From positions 1-37,478 of the IMG/VR virus record IMGVR_UViG_3300008085_000011: a stretch of DNA of 37,478 nt; one strand, given 5' to 3'. Shown here piece by piece: positions 16,997-26,934 of this stretch (its first letter is position 1; each line of letters opens with the position of its first letter). The notes under the pieces were generated by a model. The model did no database searches. It was not told where the DNA came from and worked only from the letters and a program-made list of their open reading frames with translations. A program made the translations under genes and the position numbers. Source of the stretch: a virus (lineage: Duplodnaviria > Caudoviricetes).

Positions 16997-18053
16997 TTAA
17001 AAGCTCAAGAATTTTTACTCTGCACTCACTCCAAATTGTTGCATCAGTGAGCTCTTTATTTTTTAAAAATGACCACAATTGCAATCTGCCACTATAGTCA
17101 ATGATGGCGGGCAATCCAAATGAGAAATGAGCACTGAGTGCATCGAGCTCTGACATCGTCAAAATCTCTGAGAATTTAACAAGTGAACAAATAAACCATT
17201 TTGCATTTTTCCCCATATTGATCTCAGGCATTGCGGTCATATTGTTTGGATCAATAATTGCTTTATAAACGTCAACACTTGAAAATCTCTCATCAGCATC
17301 AGATTGCGACCAAGGCACAACGCCTTGATCTGCATCACTCATTGTTTTGCAATCAATTCCAAGACCACCATCAAAAAATGTAAACTTTACACCTTGCCAA
17401 GTTGTGACAAAAAAATCATCAGGTGACTTAATCTTTAGTGGTGCCGTTGATTTAAAGTTATTTATTGACGTTGTGATTGTTGATCCCTTTGGCACAACTG
17501 TATTTTCAACAATGGCATCACCTGAAACAATAGAGTCACAACATAATGATGAGTTTTTTAAAACTGCATTTTCTGAAACCTTTGCTGATCCTGTTATTGA
17601 TGAGTTTTCAATTTGAGCACTCCCCATGACTCTTGAGTTTCCAGTGATGTGAGCATTTTTCAAGGATGAGTTTTCTTTCACATCACTATAGTCATAAATG
17701 TATGAATCAATTATTGTCACACTGCCATTAATTCTTGAAAATCCACTCACAATAGACTTGCCTAAAATATTAGATAAACCGCCAACTGTTGCAAATCCCA
17801 AAACCTCAGAATCATCACCAATCATTGCATTGTCAAAAACCTCTGAGTTGTTGCAAATACCTGCATTGCCAAGCACCCTTGCCTGATCCATGGCCTTTGC
17901 ATTGTCATAAACAAAGCAACTGCCATCATGAGAGAGGTTTGACTCTGACTCAATAAAGCCACCAAGTAAATTGTCAAACAATCTCTTAATGCGTCTTAAT
18001 GTCTTGCCTTTATAAATCAGTGTTTCATCGGTTAAAATATATTTCATTTTCAA
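16983..18053 (-). CDS. Left-handed beta-helix (hexapeptide repeat) protein with unknown C-terminal domain
   Basis: GGFIESESNL...VYDNA phage motif followed by V.GNA/V.GSA hexapeptides. Confidence 0.75.
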   Translation of the reverse strand: MKMKYILTDETLIYKGKTLRRIKRLFDNLLGGFIESESNLSHDGSCFVYDNAKAMDQARVLGNAGICNNSEVFDNAMIGDDSEVLGFATVGGLSNILGKSIVSGFSRINGSVTIIDSYIYDYSDVKENSSLKNAHITGNSRVMGSAQIENSSITGSAKVSENAVLKNSSLCCDSIVSGDAIVENTVVPKGSTITTSINNFKSTAPLKIKSPDDFFVTTWQGVKFTFFDGGLGIDCKTMSDADQGVVPWSQSDADERFSSVDVYKAIIDPNNMTAMPEINMGKNAKWFICSLVKFSEILTMSELDALSAHFSFGLPAIIDYSGRLQLWSFLKNKELTDATIWSECRVKILELLNARI

Positions 18054-18059
18054 TCCTAT

Positions 18060-19277
18060 TTAAAAATTTGCAAATGATCCTGCGAGGCCATTTGATCCAC
18101 CTGTTGGCATGATGGTATTTGCCTGCACATAAACGTCAGACCTTATTTGCACGCCCTGTTCACCGCCCTCAATAACATTTGGATTTGGAGTACCACCACG
18201 AGCACCGCCACCAACTTGCCATGATCCAGAAAAGTTATTTGTTGTTGATTTTAATCTGACAAAACCGCCATTTCCACCTGCACCACCGCCACCTGCTAAA
18301 AAGTTGTCATAGTTTTGACCAGTGTAAAAACCTATCCTGTCGGAAATGTCAGTGAGAGGTGATCCTGGATCAACAAATGTTGCCTGTCTGCGACCATATA
18401 GCCTATTTGAGTTAAAATTAAAACCCCAACCGCCACGAGTTGCATTGCCACCATTAAAATTAAAAGTACCTGTGCCACTTAAAATTGAAACATAGAAAAC
18501 GCAAGCCTGACCATGTCTGCCTCGAAAACCACCGCCTGCACTAAATAAACTCACGCCACCTTTGCCTTGCAACAAAACTGCAGAGTCACCACCATTTTCA
18601 CCATAATTAACTGCACCACGAGACCAACCCTGCGCATATACTTTTTGTTGCATTGAGTTTGAATTACTGTCAAATGAGCAAAGCCCCTCAGGAATAGCAC
18701 CTGTGGGATTATTGTCATAAACCCTACCGATGCCACCATTTGCGCCTCTTGAAAATATTGCATCATCACACCCTCTAAATTGAGGTGAGCACGATGGTGA
18801 GTTCATGCAAGCACTAATTGACGACCTTACCTCAAATGATGCACCACCATTGCCAAAAGCAGGTGATCCCTCTGCGGGCGTTCCTGATGATGGCACGCAG
18901 GATGTTGTTAATCTGCCTGCCCTGCCACCAGCCTGTTGACTTTGTGAATAACTAAAATTATCACCTGCAACGGTGATAATTGAATCACTCATACCTGCGT
19001 GCTCACCTTTATCACCATAAAATGTGCCATCATTTTGCAAAGACAATGCGCCAAATGTAAAAATTTGACCGCCATTTGTAGGCAACCTTAAAATGCCACC
19101 TGCTTGGATGATCACGTTGTTGTAGTCGTAAAGGTTTCCCGCCTTAACTGGCAAGGTTATGTCCTGACCATTTAAAACTGTGAGATCACCATCAGCACCT
19201 GTAAAACCTTGGAAAAACCCACCACCAGATTTTTTACCGAGAAATGAAAAAGGCTGTGTTTTATGTCCAAAGCTCAT
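18060..19277 (-). CDS. Glycine-rich tail fibre / receptor-binding protein
   Basis: Many GG-rich motifs (AGGGGAGGNGG); follows a coiled-coil fibre gene. Confidence 0.7.
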   Translation of the reverse strand: MSFGHKTQPFSFLGKKSGGGFFQGFTGADGDLTVLNGQDITLPVKAGNLYDYNNVIIQAGGILRLPTNGGQIFTFGALSLQNDGTFYGDKGEHAGMSDSIITVAGDNFSYSQSQQAGGRAGRLTTSCVPSSGTPAEGSPAFGNGGASFEVRSSISACMNSPSCSPQFRGCDDAIFSRGANGGIGRVYDNNPTGAIPEGLCSFDSNSNSMQQKVYAQGWSRGAVNYGENGGDSAVLLQGKGGVSLFSAGGGFRGRHGQACVFYVSILSGTGTFNFNGGNATRGGWGFNFNSNRLYGRRQATFVDPGSPLTDISDRIGFYTGQNYDNFLAGGGGAGGNGGFVRLKSTTNNFSGSWQVGGGARGGTPNPNVIEGGEQGVQIRSDVYVQANTIMPTGGSNGLAGSFANF

Positions 19278-20240
19278 TTATGCAATCCCGTCAACTGCGT
19301 TGGCAATAACACTTGCACCAACTTTTATAAATGTCCAAATTGTTCTTGTGTTTGCAGTCACTGTTGTCACTGCAGTTGCTGATGGCCATAGAACACCAAC
19401 AGGAAAATCAATATCAACATCAGCACCTGAGTTGTTGAATATTGAGACAATTATTGTCTTGCCATCAGAATCATTTGAAAAAGTAAATATCTCATTTGTT
19501 GAGACTTGTTTTGAGAAAATATTTCCAAGAGACCAATCAACGTCTTGTGCAGAAATGACTTGTGTTGCTTTAACTGCCTCAAGATCATTAAGTCTGTTAT
19601 TTTGAGTTGTTTGCTCACTCTGCAAATTGCTGATTGCAGTTGCGTTGTTGCCAATGTTTGTGTTTTGAGTTGTTTGCTCTGTTTGCAAATCACCAATGGC
19701 AATTGCATTGTTTCCAATGTTTGTGTTTTGAGTTGTTTGCTCACCCTGAATATTTGAAACATCAGTTTCAAGATCATCAAGCCTGCCATTTTGAATTGTT
19801 TGATCAGTGCCAATTGTGCCAATGTTTGTGACAATGTTATCAATCTGATCTTGCAAACCTAAAATTGCGCTGTCATAGTCTTGAGAAAATTCAACCCAAA
19901 TGGCACTACCGACTGTGCTATCTTTGCAAATCCAAAAGCGTGAATCATACTCAAAGATTGATCCAACTGAAAAACCAAGTGACTCATCATCATTGATTGT
20001 GGGCACTGCTAAGTTGCCAAATGAGTTGAGCTCTGCCTCATTTTGTTTCCAAGTTGATCCATCATGAAAAACTATATTATTTAATGTTGTGTTGAAATAA
20101 ATTGATCCCTTTGCGCCTGCACCATTAACTGATTCATATGAGGCATTGTCAGCAAATTGAGCAAGAGCACTTGCGCCTTGAACTGTTGGCACTGTTGCGC
20201 TTGTTTGCGTGTCTGCAAAGTCTAATATTCTATTGCTCAT
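19278..20240 (-). CDS. Tail fibre / collar protein with coiled-coil repeats
   Basis: GSIYFNTT...W anchor motif, PT.NDD..GFSVGS motif and 21-aa repeats. Confidence 0.72.
   Translation of the reverse strand: MSNRILDFADTQTSATVPTVQGASALAQFADNASYESVNGAGAKGSIYFNTTLNNIVFHDGSTWKQNEAELNSFGNLAVPTINDDESLGFSVGSIFEYDSRFWICKDSTVGSAIWVEFSQDYDSAILGLQDQIDNIVTNIGTIGTDQTIQNGRLDDLETDVSNIQGEQTTQNTNIGNNAIAIGDLQTEQTTQNTNIGNNATAISNLQSEQTTQNNRLNDLEAVKATQVISAQDVDWSLGNIFSKQVSTNEIFTFSNDSDGKTIIVSIFNNSGADVDIDFPVGVLWPSATAVTTVTANTRTIWTFIKVGASVIANAVDGIA
19600..19742. repeat. 63-bp period tandem repeat within the fibre gene
   Basis: TTTTGAGTTGTTTGCTC at 19600, 19663 and 19726, encoding EQTTQN three times. Confidence 0.9.
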
Positions 20241-20671
20241 TTATAACCCCACAATTGAAATCCAAAAGGATTTTGATCATCATATAAAACTGATTCTGAA
20301 AATGTATTGATGAGATTCTCATGCGGTTTAATCCAACCAAAGTATGAATTTGGATCATAACCATAACCAACGCCTGAAACCTCAATTTGATATTCTGTTT
20401 TAATGTTTAAAACTGCCTCAATATCAAAGGTAAAAAAACCGTAGTGATATTGGCCTGCAGGCAACTCGGCAAGATTTAAAATTTCTGCAACTGTTAATGT
20501 TTTTGATGCGATCTTTTGACCATCATATTTGATTGCAACCTTGATTGATCCTGTTGGATCATTATGTAAATAAAGATAAGGCCTGACTGCCTGCACCTGC
20601 AAACGCTCAAACATTTTAAAAGTTTGCTCAACTGGCACTGCTTCAATTGGTTCAATCAACAAATAACTCAT
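20237..20671 (-). CDS. Hypothetical tail-region protein
   Basis: 144 aa, beta-rich, coupled to its neighbours. Confidence 0.6.
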   Translation of the reverse strand: MSYLLIEPIEAVPVEQTFKMFERLQVQAVRPYLYLHNDPTGSIKVAIKYDGQKIASKTLTVAEILNLAELPAGQYHYGFFTFDIEAVLNIKTEYQIEVSGVGYGYDPNSYFGWIKPHENLINTFSESVLYDDQNPFGFQLWGYK

Positions 20672-21451
20672 TTACTTCGCCTCTAAAAAGCTCACATTAA
20701 CATTATAATATCGCCAACTCGGATTGTTAAATTGTGGCACATCCGACAAATGAAATACACCCGCAAATCTGCCTTTGTTTGTACTTATTTTTTCATCGGG
20801 ATCAAGAATCAACCAAAATGGCGTAAATTGACCATTTGAGTCAAAGGCATCAGAGAGATTTTCAAATTGCTCAACTGTTAAGTTTTGAAATGAAAATCTG
20901 ATCCTTTTTTGAAAATTTATTTTATCAACGAAAATCTGACCATATCTGTTTGTTGTGTACTTTGATCTGTCATTGTTTTCATATGACCAATTTAAACTGA
21001 TTGATTTATTTAGGGCCATTTCACGACCAATGAACAACTTGCCAATCTCAACATATGGTGCCGATCCTGAAACTGTTACACGCCAAAATCTATATGACTG
21101 AGGCGTTGCGCTCAAATCAGTAAATCCAAAATTAAAAGCCTGATCGGGCACAAGTGTTGTTGAAAATTCAGGCGCATCAAAATTTGCAGTGATATTTGCC
21201 TCAATTGTCATTGTCGTAAAGCCAAAACCTCTTTTTGAGTCAGCAATTGCAATGATTGAGTCAACGGTCTCAATTGTTTTAAAATCAAAAATGACTGATG
21301 TTGAAATCACGCCATCTTGCGACCTGAAAACCTTTGTTGTTCTCGTGTCTTTTAAATTTGTTGCAGGGAAAAATGCGTTTTCATTTTCTGCAATTATTTC
21401 AGTTTCATCTTTTTGCACTAAATTAAAATTGAAAAATTTGTTGCAACTCAT
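20672..21451 (-). CDS. Distal tail-like protein
   Basis: Immediately after the tape measure; discoidin-like YRFWRV...EIGKLFIG N-terminal part and Dit-like C-terminal part. Confidence 0.65.
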   Translation of the reverse strand: MSCNKFFNFNLVQKDETEIIAENENAFFPATNLKDTRTTKVFRSQDGVISTSVIFDFKTIETVDSIIAIADSKRGFGFTTMTIEANITANFDAPEFSTTLVPDQAFNFGFTDLSATPQSYRFWRVTVSGSAPYVEIGKLFIGREMALNKSISLNWSYENNDRSKYTTNRYGQIFVDKINFQKRIRFSFQNLTVEQFENLSDAFDSNGQFTPFWLILDPDEKISTNKGRFAGVFHLSDVPQFNNPSWRYYNVNVSFLEAK

Positions 21452-24159
21452 GCGAAACTCACCCCTGATTTAATCTGATCCCTCACTGCCATTGCCACCT
21501 GTCTGCCATTTATCTCAACCTGTATTGGTCTGCTCGATATCGCATTTGTCAATTGTTGGATTGCTTGCAACACATTGCCACCGCCATCATTCCCAACGTC
21601 ACCTGATTGCAATCTTGCAAACAAGGTTGATTGTTGAGCTCTTGTGAGCACCATTTCTCGAGGTGACAAATTTGCTGTCACGCTATCTGCACCGCCATCG
21701 GGTACGCCCGCCACAATACCACCTGTGCGAAAAGCAGGCGGTTTTGATGATGCGATCTTTGCAGTATTAAGTGCCGTAGTTGCACCAATTAAACTTGCGT
21801 TTATCAGGTTTAATGGTGGTGGTGCACTGGCCAAAGCCTTTTGCACTGCCAAAACACCTGACACAATTGACTCTGATAATGCAACTGCTTTTCCAATTGC
21901 AAAAAACTTTTTACCCGCAGAGGATGTTAAGGCCAAGGCAAGTTGTAAAGTATTGGCAGTTTGTGCCAATTTTTCTTTTCCTGATAATTCTGAAAAACGC
22001 ACATCAGCAAGTGCAATTTTTTTCTTTTCCTCAAGCACTTTTTTATCAATGTCAAGCTCTGCCTTTTTCTGTTGGCCGAATCTTGCCAATGCCTGCTTTT
22101 GAGCAACATCACGCAATGCTTGCTCTGTGCCCAATCTCTCTTGCAAAAAGGCAAAATCCTCATCACGCTCAAGAGTCATGCGCTCTTTTTCAATCAATCT
22201 ATTTTCTTCTTTTAAAATCTTTACTTGATCCTCAATTGACTTGAGGTCATTGATTGTATTTTCACCCATTGTCTCAGGTACTAAAGAGGGAGATTCACCA
22301 AATGCAGTGAGCATGGCGTTTGCAGTGCTTGTTGCACCTTCCTCAGCGTTTGCAAAAAGTGTTTCGATCTCTGCACTTGATAGCTCTGCAAGCATTTTTG
22401 ATTCATTCAACTGCGCATTGAGCTCTGCAATTTTCTCAATGCCAACGGTTCCAACCTTAACATCAAGGCCCAATATATCGGCAATTCCTTGGATATCACT
22501 GCCAACTTTGTTGACGGTTTCAATCACTGCAATTTGCATCCCAATAAGTGCCTGTCTTGCTTTTTCAACTCCAAGCTCAAAATATGTGCCAAATAGAGAG
22601 GCAACATTTCCAAAGCCACCAACTGCATCCTTGATCTCTAAAAATTTAAAGATAAGAAAATCAAGAGCAATTGACAATCCAAATGTCAGCGTTGATTTCA
22701 ATGCACTGACTGATGTGATTGCGGTTTTTACTCCAATCACAAATGCCTTGGTTGACATTGTTGCACCATTCATTGCAATGGCAACCTGACCTCTAAAAAC
22801 GCTCAAGTTGTAAGCAAGATTTGTGAAACCTATTTTTATTTGTGCAAAGAATTTTCCAAAGCCTGCAATTGCAATTGTTGTGAGTGTTGCAATGATGAAA
22901 TTTTTAAACGTGTTAAAATTATTTAGTGTTGCACTTAGTATTTTATTGATGCTTGCAAACACTGTTGCAACTACATCCTCACCTGAAATTCCAAGCACTA
23001 TCAATGGAATGTTTTTAATTGTATTAGTTAATTTAGTAAGTTGAAAATCAATGTTTTGTGAAACCACAAAAAAAGCATCATCGGTTGATCCCGCAGATTT
23101 CCCAACCTCTTTGATAATTTGATCCAATTGATTAAAGTTATCTGATGCACCACCAAGCACACCTGAAACCGCCTCAATTCTGCCAAATAATTCTTTTATT
23201 TTCTCTGATGATCCACCTGTTGCAACTGACAAATCACGCAAGAAGCCCGCAAGACCTTTTGCCTGCAATGCTTGGATTGAAAACAAACCTGCATTGTCAC
23301 CAAGAATTTGCTTTGCTCTTTGTTGGCCATCAATAATACCTGCAAAAACTGATCTTAATTGAGTCACTGCCTCTGCCGTTGATCCTGCTCTGTTTGAAAA
23401 CGCTGAAACCGCACCTGTGACTTGTGCAAAAGTAAGGCCCAATGTCTTTGCAAGACCAAGCACATTTGGCAGTGAGCTTGCCAAGTCCTCAAGTCTTGTC
23501 TGACCAAGCTCAACTGCTTTAAATAAAATGTCAGTTATTTCCGCAGAGTCAGTGACACCCGCACCGTAAACGGCAAGTGACTTTGTGACTGCGTTGACTG
23601 TTGTTTCAACATTTGCAAGACCGCCAATTGCGAGCTTTGTTGAATTTGTCAAAACATTCATTGCCTTGGCAGTGTCTGTGATGCCTGCAGATTGAATTTG
23701 ATAAAACGTGCGGGCAACACTTGCAGAATCTTTGCCAGTTGCTTGAGAAACGCTAATAATTTGATCCCTGATCTCTGCAAGTCTTGGTGATGAAACTTTT
23801 GCAATCGTTTGAATCTCTGAAATAGCTTTATTAAACTCAGTGATATTTGAGACAACGCTCACCAATCCTCTGAAACTTAAATAAGCACCACCAAGAGCAA
23901 TCAAATCACCTGTGACGCTTTTTAACTTGTCACCAAGAAATGAAAAGGCACTTGTTTGTTTTGCAACTGCCTCTGTTGCCTGCTTGCTAAAATTGATTGT
24001 GCTTGCAGAGGTTTTTTTGACTTGAGACTCTTGCTCCTTGAGAGAATCCTTTACGCCATTACTTGACTTGGCAACATTAGACATTGCATCTTGCAGGCGT
24101 TTTAAATCTTTTTCAAGCGTTGCACTGTTGGTTGTGAAATCAATTCTTATATTTGACAT
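21448..24159 (-). CDS. Tail tape measure protein
   Basis: 903 aa, Ala/Gly-rich helical with TP901-like core, hydrophobic middle and FRTGGIV...NLSPREMVL C-terminus. Confidence 0.93.
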   Translation of the reverse strand: MSNIRIDFTTNSATLEKDLKRLQDAMSNVAKSSNGVKDSLKEQESQVKKTSASTINFSKQATEAVAKQTSAFSFLGDKLKSVTGDLIALGGAYLSFRGLVSVVSNITEFNKAISEIQTIAKVSSPRLAEIRDQIISVSQATGKDSASVARTFYQIQSAGITDTAKAMNVLTNSTKLAIGGLANVETTVNAVTKSLAVYGAGVTDSAEITDILFKAVELGQTRLEDLASSLPNVLGLAKTLGLTFAQVTGAVSAFSNRAGSTAEAVTQLRSVFAGIIDGQQRAKQILGDNAGLFSIQALQAKGLAGFLRDLSVATGGSSEKIKELFGRIEAVSGVLGGASDNFNQLDQIIKEVGKSAGSTDDAFFVVSQNIDFQLTKLTNTIKNIPLIVLGISGEDVVATVFASINKILSATLNNFNTFKNFIIATLTTIAIAGFGKFFAQIKIGFTNLAYNLSVFRGQVAIAMNGATMSTKAFVIGVKTAITSVSALKSTLTFGLSIALDFLIFKFLEIKDAVGGFGNVASLFGTYFELGVEKARQALIGMQIAVIETVNKVGSDIQGIADILGLDVKVGTVGIEKIAELNAQLNESKMLAELSSAEIETLFANAEEGATSTANAMLTAFGESPSLVPETMGENTINDLKSIEDQVKILKEENRLIEKERMTLERDEDFAFLQERLGTEQALRDVAQKQALARFGQQKKAELDIDKKVLEEKKKIALADVRFSELSGKEKLAQTANTLQLALALTSSAGKKFFAIGKAVALSESIVSGVLAVQKALASAPPPLNLINASLIGATTALNTAKIASSKPPAFRTGGIVAGVPDGGADSVTANLSPREMVLTRAQQSTLFARLQSGDVGNDGGGNVLQAIQQLTNAISSRPIQVEINGRQVAMAVRDQIKSGVSFA

Positions 24160-24411
24160 TTATTTCCTACCAAATCCCTTTGACAGTTTTTCAGTTTCTT
24201 TTTTCTCAAGTTTATTAAACTCGCTTTTTATTAGTATAAAGCACTTTGCCTCAAAAGCACAAAGATCATCACCATTAAACTGAAATCCAAGCTCTTTGAG
24301 TGCTTGCTTTTCAAGATATTCATCAACTAAAATTGACGCATCATTTCTTGATGGTATGCCTCGCCAAATCCAACCGCTTGCCTGCTTGAGATCGGCTTTT
24401 AATTGTTTCCC
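24160..24411 (-). CDS. Tail assembly chaperone -1 frameshift extension (gpT-like)
   Basis: Open -1 frame GKQLKADLKQASGWIWRG...GFGRK* from the slippery site G GGA AAC to TAA adjacent to the tape measure ATG. Confidence 0.85.
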   Translation of the reverse strand, partial: GKQLKADLKQASGWIWRGIPSRNDASILVDEYLEKQALKELGFQFNGDDLCAFEAKCFILIKSEFNKLEKKETEKLSKGFGRK

Positions 24412-24734
24412 AACTGAGGCCCATTGATAATAAAAAATGCAACCTCTGGGAGAATGCTGTCACAACCATGCGTGTGCTCAAGTTCCTCATAGCTGTCAAT
24501 TTTTTGACCATCTTTTGTGACAAGTGAAACACTTTCAATAAACTTTTGAGTTTCTTCAATTGCAGTGATCAATGAATCAACTTGATCAAATCCTGTGACG
24601 ATCTCACCACCATCATTTGTCTTGAAATTGCAGGATTTAATAAGTCTCAATCTCTCAGTGTACTTTGGCAGATTGACAACAATCTCACCTTGCATCGAGT
24701 GTGATTCATTTGTTTTCCATGTTGTTTTTTTCAC
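24399..24734 (-). CDS. Tail assembly chaperone (gpG-like)
   Basis: Between tail tube and tape measure; ends LGNN* over GGGAAAC (24405-24411). Confidence 0.85.
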   Translation of the reverse strand: MKKTTWKTNESHSMQGEIVVNLPKYTERLRLIKSCNFKTNDGGEIVTGFDQVDSLITAIEETQKFIESVSLVTKDGQKIDSYEELEHTHGCDSILPEVAFFIINGPQLGNN

Positions 24735-24867
24735 TGTTTATCCCCCTGTTTGATTTTAAAATAAGTGCTCACTCCATTTCCATGATCAAAAATCTCATAA
24801 AAAAGAGCACCGCACTTTTTGCATTTTATAAGATTTGCACCTTGAGTGATAACAGTCAAGTCAGTGC

Positions 24868-24897
24868 GAAAACAAAAAGGGCCCTCATCGGGCCCTA
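24868..24897 (-). terminator. Intrinsic terminator after the tail tube gene
   Basis: Minus strand AGGGCCC-GATGA-GGGCCCT followed by TTTTGTTTT. Confidence 0.8.
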
Positions 24898-24952
24898 TCT
24901 GTTGTGTGTGTTTGTGTGTGTTCTCATTTGTTCGAGACAACTTTTTTTACCA

Positions 24953-26470
24953 TTAAACAAAGTTGATGTAAAGCTCGCCAAGACCATCCTCAACATATGA
25001 CTTGAGTGTCATGCTTAATTGCACAAGGCCATCAGCATCCTCAAGTTTAAAACTTGAGATTGTTGCGGTTGGCATATAGATATTGGCACACTTGCCTGCA
25101 ACCCATTGCCCGCCTGCCTTTTCGCCAAATGAGTAAGTGAATTGAATGTTTGATCCTTGTCTGAAACGCTTGAATTTATCAGCATCAAATTGATTTAAAA
25201 GAGCACTCACCTCAAGCTCAATTTCTCTTGCTGAAATAACTGATCCTGACTTTCCTGTGCGTGCACAAATTGCAGGTATATCAGATTTTGTGCCTGAAAT
25301 TGATAGTGTCAAAGAGCTTGCTTCGAAGCAATCAATTGAGTGAAAATCACCAAGCATAACTGAGTTGTCTTTTGCAACCAATGGATTTGCATCATCAAAA
25401 TTTGGCGTTTGTGGTGCACCAAGATCAATTGCATCATTTGATGTGTATGATCCTAGTCCGACATCATCAGATAATGTGTCAAATCCAATTGTTTCACCAA
25501 TCGAGTTTGCACCATTTGCACCTGATTGCCACAAAAGATCAAAAATTGCACCATCACTTGTGATTTCAAATTTTCCTGAGACATCAAGATATTTAACTGT
25601 GATCACATCAGTTGTCTGAGACTGCATTGCAATTTGCAAAGCATCAGCAAGCTCATGAGGATCAACATAAATTTTTTCTGCAATGACTGCATTTTTTCCT
25701 GCACCATCATTAAAATCAAGCCATTTATTATTTGCAGTCACCTCAATTGGATCGAATGAATAACCAATACCATTAAGAGTGAATGATCCATTTACAAACT
25801 CGCCTGCACTTGCTTCAATTGATCCCTCGACCACTCGAGCACCCGATAAAAGCTCAACGGCACCGCCATTTGCACGATAAAGCCAAGCACAGAGTGTTGG
25901 ATGTGAATCATCAGCAGGCTTATATAAAACTGCTTTTCCCAATCCAACTGCAGAGGCAGGTGCATTGAAAAGATTTTGACCAAGAGTCAGGACATCACCA
26001 ACAACGCTGAAAACATTTCTAACCGAATAGCCATTAAGAGCATCTTTGACCAAAAGAGCTTGACCTCTCTCAAAAAGTGCACCCTGACCAACTCCAACAG
26101 TGATTGTTGCTCTTGTTGTTTCATTTCCAACAGTAGCAGACACAACGGTTGCCTCAACTGCAGAAATCTTTTTTGCACCCATAAGTGACTCGAGCAATGG
26201 CCCAAAATTTGGTGCTTGCCCCTCAACTCCTGAGTGTCTAATATAGTGAGAAACAGAGGCAGTTGGTTCCTCTGATCCTAAAATTGTTTTTGCTTTTCCA
26301 ATTGATCCTGTGAGCTCTGCATTTTCAAGCTCTGAAAAAGCAGGTTCCATGTCAAAACCATCTTGCAAAGCAATATACTCGCTTGATGATGTTGGCTTTA
26401 CTGCAACGCCCTCTGTGATCTCAGGCACAATTGCCAAAACACTTTTTTTGTTTGATAGTTTTGTACTCAT
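24953..26470 (-). CDS. Major tail tube protein with inserted domains
   Basis: 505 aa; position before the chaperone and tape measure; tube-like N- and C-terminal parts; followed by a terminator. Confidence 0.75.
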   Translation of the reverse strand: MSTKLSNKKSVLAIVPEITEGVAVKPTSSSEYIALQDGFDMEPAFSELENAELTGSIGKAKTILGSEEPTASVSHYIRHSGVEGQAPNFGPLLESLMGAKKISAVEATVVSATVGNETTRATITVGVGQGALFERGQALLVKDALNGYSVRNVFSVVGDVLTLGQNLFNAPASAVGLGKAVLYKPADDSHPTLCAWLYRANGGAVELLSGARVVEGSIEASAGEFVNGSFTLNGIGYSFDPIEVTANNKWLDFNDGAGKNAVIAEKIYVDPHELADALQIAMQSQTTDVITVKYLDVSGKFEITSDGAIFDLLWQSGANGANSIGETIGFDTLSDDVGLGSYTSNDAIDLGAPQTPNFDDANPLVAKDNSVMLGDFHSIDCFEASSLTLSISGTKSDIPAICARTGKSGSVISAREIELEVSALLNQFDADKFKRFRQGSNIQFTYSFGEKAGGQWVAGKCANIYMPTATISSFKLEDADGLVQLSMTLKSYVEDGLGELYINFV

Positions 26471-26481
26471 TTATTTCATCC

Positions 26482-26934
26482 TCATTTTGCGCTTTGGTGA
26501 TATTCAAAGCGAAAAGCACTCACCAAAGATAAATAATTGTTTCGATCTGTAAAAACAAACTCAATACCATTGTCACCCGAAAAATCAGATTTTGCCAATA
26601 AATCATTCAACTGACCATCAGCGTTAATTGCCTTAATGAGCTTCAATTGCTCATCCATTAAAAAACGCTCAACCTCTTGACGTTGAATCATATCTCTATT
26701 GGTGCCAAATATCTGATTTGTGAAAATGACCTCAACCTCACGCTCAAGCGTGATTAGGCAAGCAGTGACTCGATTTAAATTAGTTGCAGGCAACAGTGTG
26801 ACACCAAAGCCTGACTTGACAATCAAATCCTCATTGTCATCAATTACATATGGATTTGTGAGCTCAAGGCGGTTTGGAAATTGCTCTTTTATAAGTGCAA
26901 TCAATCTCTCATATGACTCTGATATGATTGTCAT
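26482..26934 (-). CDS. Putative tail terminator / completion protein
   Basis: 150 aa directly upstream of the tail tube gene. Confidence 0.6.
   Translation of the reverse strand: MTIISESYERLIALIKEQFPNRLELTNPYVIDDNEDLIVKSGFGVTLLPATNLNRVTACLITLEREVEVIFTNQIFGTNRDMIQRQEVERFLMDEQLKLIKAINADGQLNDLLAKSDFSGDNGIEFVFTDRNNYLSLVSAFRFEYHQSAK

Noticed and set aside
16400-18053. AlkB-like gene as the frameshifted C-terminus of the LbH protein
   Set aside because: It has its own ATG overlapping the upstream stop, and the upstream C-terminus does not resemble AlkB membrane helices.
12343-20240. Diversity-generating retroelement or invertible tail cassette
   Set aside because: No reverse transcriptase, recombinase, template/variable repeat pair or inverted sites seen; the paralogs are too diverged.
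21644-23336. Long plus-strand ORFs opposite the tape measure gene (and similar ones elsewhere)
   Set aside because: Antisense shadows of real genes, with no motifs or ribosome-binding sites.
24341-24559. 72-aa alternative-frame ORF as the chaperone extension
   Set aside because: Wrong frame for the G GGA AAC -1 shift, and it stops well before the tape measure gene.
24731-24940. 69-aa ORF between tail tube and chaperone
   Set aside because: It runs through a strong terminator hairpin and low-complexity CA-rich sequence; a shorter CxxC peptide cannot be excluded.
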